From NCBI GenBank assembly GCA_963714015.1, contig OY970223.1, positions 2,240,001 through 2,304,000 of the forward strand: a stretch of DNA of 64,000 nt. Direction: 5' to 3'. The stretch comes from Vulcanimicrobiota bacterium. Its GTDB lineage: Bacteria; Vulcanimicrobiota; Vulcanimicrobiia; Vulcanimicrobiales; Vulcanimicrobiaceae. Position numbers and translations under genes: made by a program. The notes below the pieces were generated by a model. That model searched no databases. It was given only the letters and a program-made list of their open reading frames with translations, and had not been told where the DNA came from. Shown one piece after another: positions 43,359 to 50,832 of the stretch (position 1 is its first letter; each line of letters begins with the position of its first letter).

Positions 43359-43961
43359 ATGGCAGAGAAGAAAACGTCCAAAGCCGCAACCTCGCGCAAG
43401 AAGGCTCCGGCGGCAAAGGCGGCAGCAAAGAAGCGAAGCACGGCAAGTGCCGTCACCGCCGCCGCGATTGCGTCCGGGAGCGGCTCGATGTCGCTTGGAA
43501 AGCTCAAACCGGCCGAAGGCAGCTGGCCCAAGCGCACGCGCGTGGGCCGCGGTCACGGTTCCGGAATGGTTAAGACCGGCGGCGAAGGCGGCAAAGGTCA
43601 GACGGTGCGTTCCGGCGGCGGTAAAGGTCCGGCGTTCGAAGGCGGACAGACACCTTGGCAGCGCCGTCTTCCGCATCGTCGCGGCTACTCGCAAAAAGCC
43701 CGCGACATCGGTCATTTCCGGACCGAGCTCGCGGTTGTAAATCTGCATGACCTTGCGGACTGGGACGCCTCGGTCGAAGTGACGCCGCAGACGCTCAAGG
43801 TCGCGAAGAAGATCAAAGCCGTGCGCGACGGCGTGAAGGTCCTCGGCGGTAGCAAGGCGGGGAAGACGCTTCCGAACGGCCTTCGTTTCCGCGACGTTTT
43901 ATTCTCGACCAGCGCAAAGGAAGCACTGCAAGCCGCCGGCGCCACCTTCGATGCTGAATAA
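43359..43961 (+). CDS. rplO: 50S ribosomal protein L15 with 43-aa Lys/Ala-rich N-terminal extension (alternative start 43488)
   Basis: RVGRGHGSG..KTGG.GGKGQ..RSG, FEGGQTP..RRLP, VKVLG. Confidence 0.95.
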   Translation: MAEKKTSKAATSRKKAPAAKAAAKKRSTASAVTAAAIASGSGSMSLGKLKPAEGSWPKRTRVGRGHGSGMVKTGGEGGKGQTVRSGGGKGPAFEGGQTPWQRRLPHRRGYSQKARDIGHFRTELAVVNLHDLADWDASVEVTPQTLKVAKKIKAVRDGVKVLGGSKAGKTLPNGLRFRDVLFSTSAKEALQAAGATFDAE

Positions 43962-45255
43962 TCTTCGCGCAGCTCTGCTCGTACCGGACATCCGCAAGCG
44001 GGTGCTCTTCGTGTTCGGCGCGTTCGCGACGTTCGTCTTTATGATCCACGTGCAGCTGCCGAACATCGATGAAAAAGTTTGGCAGCAGGTGCTCTCGCAG
44101 GGCGCGTTCTTCAACCTGCTCGGCTTTCTGTCGGGCGGCGCACTGCAGAAGCTCTCCATCATTGCGATGGGCATCACCCCGTACATCAACGCGTCGATCA
44201 TCATGCAGCTCATGACGGTGGTGCTGCCGCAACTCGAAGAGATGGCCAAGAAAGGCGGCGAGGAAGGCCGCAAGAAGATCGGTCAGTACACTCGCTGGCT
44301 AACGATTGTGCTCGCTGCACTCCAATCGTTTTTCATGGCCAATCTGATGCGCAACTCCGGCGTGTTCTACGACCGGAGCATCTGGTTTCTGCTCTTCGCG
44401 ATGCTGGCGTTCGTCGCCGGTACGCTGTTCCTGATGTGGCTCGGCGAGCAGGTCACCGACAAGGGCATCGGCAACGGCGTCTCGCTGATCATCTTCATCG
44501 GTATCGTGCTGCGCTATCCGCAGTACGTAGCCCAAACGTTCGCCTCGACCTCCAAAGGCGGCGAGTCCGTTTTCAACATCCTCATTTACGTCCTGATAGC
44601 GATAGGCGTAATCATCTCGATCGTCTTCCTTTATCAAGGGCAGCGCCGCATTCCGGTGCAGCAGGCGCGCCGCGTCGTGGGCCGCAAGATGTTCGCGGGC
44701 CGCTCCACGTATATTCCGTTGCGGCTGAACAACGCGGGCGTCATCTCGATCATCTTCGCAATCTCGCTGCTGCTGCTTCCCCAGCAAGTTCTCTCGTGGG
44801 TCAACAAGGCGCAGAACGGCGGCTCGTCCAGCGGATTCATGGGCGGCCTCTCGACGTTCTTCCAGGTCTACTTCCACCCGCAGTCGGCGCTGTACAACAT
44901 CGTCTATTTCGTGCTGGTCGTCGTCTTCACGTTCTTCTACAGCGCGATCGTCATCAACACCAAAGACATCGCGGACAACCTGAAAAAGAGCGGGTCGTTC
45001 ATCCCGGGAATCCGTCCGGGTCAACCGACGGTCGACTACATCAATCGCATCTTGCTGCGAATCACGACGGCCGCCGCGATCTATCTCGGATTGCTCGCGG
45101 TCGTGCCCAGCATTGCCCAGCAAGGACTCTCCGTTACTACGTTCTACTTGGGTTCAACGTCACTGCTGATCGTGGTCGGCGTGGCGCTGGATACGATCAC
45201 GCAGATCGAGGCGCGCCTGGCGATGCGCGACTACAAGGGATTCATCCGCAGGTAG
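43951..45255 (+). CDS. secY: preprotein translocase subunit SecY
   Basis: GITPYINASIIMQL, WLGEQ.T.KGIGNG.SL, FIPGIRPG, TSLLIVVGV. Confidence 0.99.
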   Translation: MLNNLRAALLVPDIRKRVLFVFGAFATFVFMIHVQLPNIDEKVWQQVLSQGAFFNLLGFLSGGALQKLSIIAMGITPYINASIIMQLMTVVLPQLEEMAKKGGEEGRKKIGQYTRWLTIVLAALQSFFMANLMRNSGVFYDRSIWFLLFAMLAFVAGTLFLMWLGEQVTDKGIGNGVSLIIFIGIVLRYPQYVAQTFASTSKGGESVFNILIYVLIAIGVIISIVFLYQGQRRIPVQQARRVVGRKMFAGRSTYIPLRLNNAGVISIIFAISLLLLPQQVLSWVNKAQNGGSSSGFMGGLSTFFQVYFHPQSALYNIVYFVLVVVFTFFYSAIVINTKDIADNLKKSGSFIPGIRPGQPTVDYINRILLRITTAAAIYLGLLAVVPSIAQQGLSVTTFYLGSTSLLIVVGVALDTITQIEARLAMRDYKGFIRR

Positions 45256-45262
45256 GGGCGTA

Positions 45263-45928
45263 GTGCGGTTGATCTTCATCGGTCCGCCCGGCGCGGGCAA
45301 GGGCACGCAGGCAAAGATTCTGCAAGAGCGCTTCGGCGCCAAGCAGATCTCGACCGGCGACATCTTGCGTGAGAATCGGGAGCAAGGAACGGAGCTCGGC
45401 AAGCTCGCGGCGAGCTTCATGCAGAGCGGCGCGCTGGTTCCGGACGAGGTCATCATCAAGATGATCGAAGCGGAGCTCGACAAGCTCGACGGCGGTTTCA
45501 TCATGGACGGTTTTCCACGAACGGTCGCGCAGGCGGAAGCGTTCGACTGTTTATTGCAGGGCAAGAACCTCGTCCTCGACGGCGTGGTTCACTTCAACGC
45601 GGACCGCGCAACGCTGCTTACGCGTCTGACGGCGCGCTGGACGAACCCGCGCAACGGCCAAACCTACAACACCGTGACCAATCCGCCGCGCGTTTCGGGT
45701 GTGGACGACGAAGACGGCGGCCCGCTCGTGCAGCGTGAGGACGACAAACCGGAAACCGTTACGAAGCGTCTGGACGTGTACGAGGAGCAAACCGCGCCGC
45801 TTGTCTCCTACTATCGCGGGACGGGAAAACTCGTCGAAGTGAACGCGCTTGCGCCGGTTCCTGCGGTCACCGAAGAGATCGTTTCGAAGATCGGTGTGCA
45901 CGCCGCCGGGCGCAACGCGGCGCAATGA
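45263..45928 (+). CDS. adk: adenylate kinase
   Basis: GPPGAGKGTQA, STGDILR, DGFPRT, QREDD. Confidence 0.98.
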   Translation: MRLIFIGPPGAGKGTQAKILQERFGAKQISTGDILRENREQGTELGKLAASFMQSGALVPDEVIIKMIEAELDKLDGGFIMDGFPRTVAQAEAFDCLLQGKNLVLDGVVHFNADRATLLTRLTARWTNPRNGQTYNTVTNPPRVSGVDDEDGGPLVQREDDKPETVTKRLDVYEEQTAPLVSYYRGTGKLVEVNALAPVPAVTEEIVSKIGVHAAGRNAAQ

Positions 45929-46728
45929 TCACGATCAAGTCGGCCCGTGAAATCGAGGTGATGCGGCGCAGCGGAAAGGTCAACGCCAAGGTGCTGGCCG
46001 ATCTGATGCGCGCGGCCAAGCCCGGCATGACGACGCGCGATCTCGACAAGATGGCCGAGCAAGGCATTCGATCGCTGGGCGCTGAGCCGACGTTCAAAGG
46101 TTATCACGGGTATACGTGTTCGATCTGCACGTCGGCGAACGATCAAGTCGTGCACGGAATTCCCGGCGACTACGCTTTGAAGGAAGGCGACCTGCTCTCG
46201 ATCGACATCGGGGCGACGCTCGAGGGCTACGTCAGCGACTCGGCTGTAACGATTCCGATCGGCAAAGTCTCCGAGGACGCTCAGCGGCTGATGCACGTGA
46301 CGCAGGAGTGCTTAATGATTGGAATCGCGCAGATGTATCGGGGCAAGCATTTGGGCGACATCGGCCACGCGGTTCAAAAGCACGCCGAATCGCACGGATA
46401 CGGCGTGGTCCGCGAACTAGTCGGGCACGGCGTCGGAACGAAAATGCACGAGGAGCCGCAAGTCCCGAACTACGGCAAGGCAGGCGGGGGGTTGGAGCTT
46501 CGGTCGGGGCTTGTCCTGGCCATCGAGCCCATGATAACGCAAGGCCACTACGCCGTGGAAACGCTCAAGGACGGCTGGACAGTGGTGACCGCAGATGGTA
46601 AACTCGCAGCGCACTTCGAGCACACCATCGCCATCACCGACGACGGCCCCAAGATTCTTACCTTGCGCGAAATCGGGGAGCATCCCGACGTCGCGAAGTA
46701 CCGGCCAAAGGAAGAGATGGCCGCATGA
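45925..46728 (+). CDS. map: methionine aminopeptidase type I
   Basis: VVHGIP, IDIG...DSA, GHGVG..MHEEP, AIEPM, AHFEHT. Confidence 0.98.
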   Translation: MITIKSAREIEVMRRSGKVNAKVLADLMRAAKPGMTTRDLDKMAEQGIRSLGAEPTFKGYHGYTCSICTSANDQVVHGIPGDYALKEGDLLSIDIGATLEGYVSDSAVTIPIGKVSEDAQRLMHVTQECLMIGIAQMYRGKHLGDIGHAVQKHAESHGYGVVRELVGHGVGTKMHEEPQVPNYGKAGGGLELRSGLVLAIEPMITQGHYAVETLKDGWTVVTADGKLAAHFEHTIAITDDGPKILTLREIGEHPDVAKYRPKEEMAA

Positions 46729-46743
46729 GGTGGTGCTCGATGG

Positions 46744-47007
46744 GGCGCGGAGGCTAGGCCGAAGCGCCGTTAGAAATCGTCCCGGCGCCCCTCGGGGAGG
46801 CTTGGACCGGCAACAAAGCACTAGGGCGCCTGAGGAATCGGGGGCCCCATGAAATGGGGGGCGCGGAGGCTAGGCCGAAGCGCCGCTAGATCGAGCAAAA
46901 TCGTCCCGGCGCCCCTCGGGGAGGCTTGGACGGCAACAAAGCACTAGGGCGCCTGAGGAATCGGGGGCCCCATGAAATGGGGGGCGCGGAGGCTAGGCCG
47001 AAGCGCC
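46744..47007 (+). repeat. tandem array of the structured element (three terminal hairpins, two full long-form units)
   Basis: GGCGC-GGA-GGC-TAG-GCC-GAA-GCGCC at 46744, 46860 and 46983. Long units 46784-46884 and 46908-47007 differ by one base. Confidence 0.95.
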
Positions 47008-47014
47008 GTTAGAT

Positions 47015-47131
47015 ATGAAAGTCAGACCGTCAGTAAAACGAATCTGTGAAAAATGCAAAATCATTCGCCGCGAAGGTAAAGTGCGCGTGATCTGCGAGGT
47101 CAATCCCAAGCACAAGCAAGTGCAGGGTTAG
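47015..47131 (+). CDS. rpmJ: 50S ribosomal protein L36
   Basis: Manual translation [38 protein letters not shown] (below the ORF-track length cutoff). Confidence 0.99.
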   Translation: MKVRPSVKRICEKCKIIRREGKVRVICEVNPKHKQVQG

Positions 47132-47185
47132 GCTTATAAACGCTACCCTTCGACCAGCTCAGGATCATAAGGAAGAATTTAAAAA

Positions 47186-47572
47186 ATGGCACGTATAGCC
47201 GGTATCGACCTTCCCCGCGACAAGCGCATCGAGATCGCGCTTACGTACATCTACGGGATCGGTCTGAGGACCTCGCAGAAGCTGCTCGCGCACGCGGGAA
47301 TCAGCCCGGATCTGCGCGTCAAAGAGTTGAGCGAAGATCACGAGAAGAAGCTGCGCGACGCGATCGACGCGGTCGGGATAAAAGTCGAAGGCGATCTGCG
47401 GCGCGAGGTCGGCTCGCACATCAAGCGGCTGATGGATATCGGCTGCTATCGCGGCATTCGGCACCGGCGCGGCCTTCCGGTCCGCGGCCAGCGTACCAAG
47501 ACCAACGCGCGCACGCGGAAGGGCCCGAAGAAAACGGTCGGCAACCGGAAAAAAGCGGCCGCTAAGAAGTAG
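47186..47572 (+). CDS. rpsM: 30S ribosomal protein S13
   Basis: [36 protein letters not shown]. Confidence 0.99.
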   Translation: MARIAGIDLPRDKRIEIALTYIYGIGLRTSQKLLAHAGISPDLRVKELSEDHEKKLRDAIDAVGIKVEGDLRREVGSHIKRLMDIGCYRGIRHRRGLPVRGQRTKTNARTRKGPKKTVGNRKKAAAKK

Positions 47573-47597
47573 CATTTTCGACGGAACGGACTTTCGG

Positions 47598-47626
47598 AGC
47601 AGGCTCGATATCGAGCCTGCTTTCTT
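47598..47626 (+). terminator. probable intrinsic terminator after rpsM
   Basis: Perfect 24-bp palindrome AGCAGGCTCGATATCGAGCCTGCT followed by TTCTT. Confidence 0.75.
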
Positions 47627-47769
47627 AATAAGGAACGCAGGGAAGATCTACGAAGATAGCGCGCCGCTTCATGGAACGGTATTCGTCCATGAACGCAGTA
47701 TACGCCGGCGTTCGCAGAGCCGGCAGCGCCGGCCCGGCCGCAAAACGGACACTCTGAACCGCATACGGG

Positions 47770-48621
47770 ATGATTTACGTCGGGACGTGCGGTTATTCGT
47801 ACAAGGACTGGATGGGGCCGTTCTATCCGGGAACCGCCCGCAGGAACGAGATGCTGGCCTTTTATGCCGCTCACTTCCGCGCCGTCGAGATCGACGCGTC
47901 GTTTTACGGCGTTCTCGCCCCACGAATAGTTTCGCGAATGCATGCCGTCACGCCGGACGGCTTCCGGTTCTGTTTCAAGGTTCCGCGCACGCTCACGCAC
48001 GAGCCCGACCTCGTGACCCCGCACGTGCATCCGGATGCAAAAGCGTTTAGCGAAAGCGTGATGCCGCTTCGGCAGGATGGGAAACTGGGTGCCGCGCTGC
48101 TGCAGTTTCCGAACGGCTTCAAACCGGTTGATGATGCCGTTGCGTACATACGGCGTTTGGCGGCAGCTCTCGATCGGTTGCCGCTGGTTGCCGAATTTCG
48201 CAATCGTGAATGGCAGAACGGCCGCACATTGGAAATGCTGGCCGACCTTGGCATCGGCTGGTGCAACGTCGACATGCCGCAGTACGAGTCGCTGATGTTG
48301 CCGGCTTCGGACGTCACGAGCAGCATCGGTTACGTGCGCTTTCACGGACGCAATGCTGCGCAATGGTGGACCGGCAACAACACGACGCGCTACGACTATC
48401 TCTATGCGCCGGATGAACTGGTGCCCTGGAGCGATCGCGTCGCTGAAATCGAAGAGAGCGTCGAGCAAACGTACGCGTTTTTCAATAATCACGCACGCGG
48501 TAACGCCGTTCGCAACGCGGAGATGTTTGCCCAGATTCTGAGCGAGCGTTACGGCGAGGCCGCCGCGGGAATACTTCCGGAACGTGGGGGCGGCCCCATG
48601 CAAAGATCGCTTTTCGACTAA
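47770..48621 (+). CDS. DUF72 family protein
   Basis: YVGTCGYSY.DW.G.FYP, VEIDASFY, KVPR..TH, EFRN..W, YVRFHGRN, YDYLY, FFNNH. Confidence 0.93.
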   Translation: MIYVGTCGYSYKDWMGPFYPGTARRNEMLAFYAAHFRAVEIDASFYGVLAPRIVSRMHAVTPDGFRFCFKVPRTLTHEPDLVTPHVHPDAKAFSESVMPLRQDGKLGAALLQFPNGFKPVDDAVAYIRRLAAALDRLPLVAEFRNREWQNGRTLEMLADLGIGWCNVDMPQYESLMLPASDVTSSIGYVRFHGRNAAQWWTGNNTTRYDYLYAPDELVPWSDRVAEIEESVEQTYAFFNNHARGNAVRNAEMFAQILSERYGEAAAGILPERGGGPMQRSLFD

Positions 48622-50757
48622 CGCGAAGGCTCGAGCACGAGCCGCGACCGGGCGGCGCGCAGAATCGCCGCGCGCGAAAACGGCAACTGCTGCATTACGC
48701 CGCGCACCCATTGGTTGCGCAGATCGTCATAATGCGGTGATGCGCGCTCTCCGGACTCGCCGCCGGGAATGCTTAAGCCGCCGGCATCCCAAGCTCCGGC
48801 TTCCCAGACGGATCGAAAACTCTGCGAAAGGTCGGGCGTCTGCACGCGTATGGTGAATTCGTCACCGTCACCGGGGAGCGGCACCCCGTTCAAAAACGGA
48901 AAGCCGATCGGCCCGAAGGGATGCAGGGCCGGAATGCTTCCGGCCCGCGACCACGGTTGCGGCGTCGCGAACTGAGCGGCAGTGCGCAGCGAATCTAGCG
49001 TCGTTTCCGGCAGATCGTTCGAACGAACGGCATCCAAGGCCGAATAGGGAGAGGGTTCGGAATCTTCCGCGGCAGTGCGCAGCCGGTGCTCCAACGTCGC
49101 TGTCATGGAGCGAGGAAAAAAGGATCCGTTCCAGCGTGAAAGCGCTGCTTGCTGCGTGCTCGATAGGATCCCGGCGTGCCTTCGCGCGTATGCAGCCAAA
49201 CGATGCGCGAATTCCGCATCCGCCGGCGAAACCGCGTCCAGCTGCATCCGTTCGAAATATGCGGCATCGTACGAAGAGCGCGTGCGAAGAAGCTGCGCGA
49301 TGCGGTACGCGCGGTACGGCGGCGCAAACATCGCAGAAAGGCGGTACGGGTATGCCGGCCGGTACATTTTGTTGTTCGCGCTGATCGAGATCAGATCGCG
49401 CGAAGGCCTCGCGTTCGGCAATCGATCGAACGGCACGTCGCCGTACGTCTTGGAAATATCGCTCGCGGGGTGCACGTACCGGCCCCACGCCGGATCGTTC
49501 GCGATCGGTCCCGCCAAATGATACGCGACGCGCCCGTCGGAGGCGGCAAGCAAGAAATTCTGCGGGGGGCCCGCGTACGAGCGCAGCGCCTTCAGAGCAT
49601 GAGCGAGATCGGGCGCGCGGTCCAGCGCCAGCACGGTGGTAAGCGCCGATCGGGAATCGGCGTACGGCGCCCAGCGCACGAGCATCGGGCCTTGCTGCAG
49701 CTGCGGCACGAGTTCGAAATCGCGGCGGGTTCCGCAATAACGCCGCAGGCGATCGCGTGCGAAGCGGACGTGAAAGAGCTCCATGCGGCAGCGCGAGGCG
49801 CGTGCGCCGCCGCGGAACACGCTGAGGGTTGCGGCCATTGCGTTTGTCGCGGCCCAGGCGAGTCGATCGTTGTGTCCGAGCACGACGCCGGGAATACCCG
49901 GAATGGTAACGCCGGCAACGTGAAGGGCAGGCGAATGCATCTCGACCAGATACCAGATTCCCGGTAGTTCCGGTGTAAGGTGCGGATCGTTCGCGATGAG
50001 CGCGTGACCGTCGACACTATGAGCGGCGCCGGCGGCCCAGGCATTGCTCCCGAATGCCACGTCGTAGCGATCGTCGGAGAGCGGAAACAATCGGGCGTAC
50101 TGAGGATGCGTCGTGCTGCGCCAAAGCGCGTCCCGAGCGATCACGTTAGCCGGCGTGTCGCCGACCGATATCGAGATGGCGAGAGCAACCGCAAGCGAGT
50201 CGCGCGGATCCCAAGGGCGCGGCTGGTACATGAGGAGCCGGAATTCGAGTGGACGCGGCTGCGAGCGCATCGCCGCGTTGACGCCGTTGCCGAACGCCGA
50301 CAGTGCGCGCCGATCTTCGGGCCCCAGTGCACGCCATTCACGGTCCACGACGTCGCGCACGTCGTACGCCCGCATCTGCTCGTCGGTGGAAAATTGGATG
50401 GAACCGAGTACTTCGGAGAGCTCGCCCGTACACGTAGCGGCGAAACAGGTCCATTTGGAAGAGACGATCCGACGCTTGAGCAAAACCTTCGGCGAAGAAG
50501 GCCGCGCCTTCACTGTCCGCCTGGATGTACGGAACCCCGCGATCGTCGCGAAGAATCGCTGCCGGCGCTCCGAGCAGCGGAACCCGCAACGTCCCCGTCG
50601 TCTGCGACGTGCGCACTAAGGCGCCTCCCGAGTAGAGTGCGTACGCCGTGCCGCATCCGGCGATAACGACCGCCCAGGCTTGGACGTGCCGCAGTAAGAT
50701 GCGGGCGACTCCGCCGCGAGCCGCGCGCACGGCTTTCTCCTTGTCCGCTAAATCCAT
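48618..50757 (-). CDS. penicillin acylase family (Ntn-hydrolase) protein, frameshift near 50430
   Basis: N-part RDDRGVPYI...GFAQASDRLFQMDL.RR; beta-chain start GSNAW...ALIANDPHL; SANN; GGESG...SPHYDD. Confidence 0.88.
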
Positions 50758-50832
50758 TCCGGCGTCCCCTCGTGCAGTAATTCTATCGCCCCCCGCCTCA
50801 ACCGGTGACGGGGAAGCACCGAATACTGGACT

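Noticed and set aside
46744..47007. Three 25-nt palindromic repeats as a mini-CRISPR
   Set aside because: The intervening sequences are 91-98 nt and nearly identical to each other, so this is a tandem duplication
37067..47014. A conserved small-peptide family ([12 protein letters not shown]) encoded by the element
   Set aside because: The frame differs between copies and the substitutions keep base pairing while changing residues, so conservation appears structural
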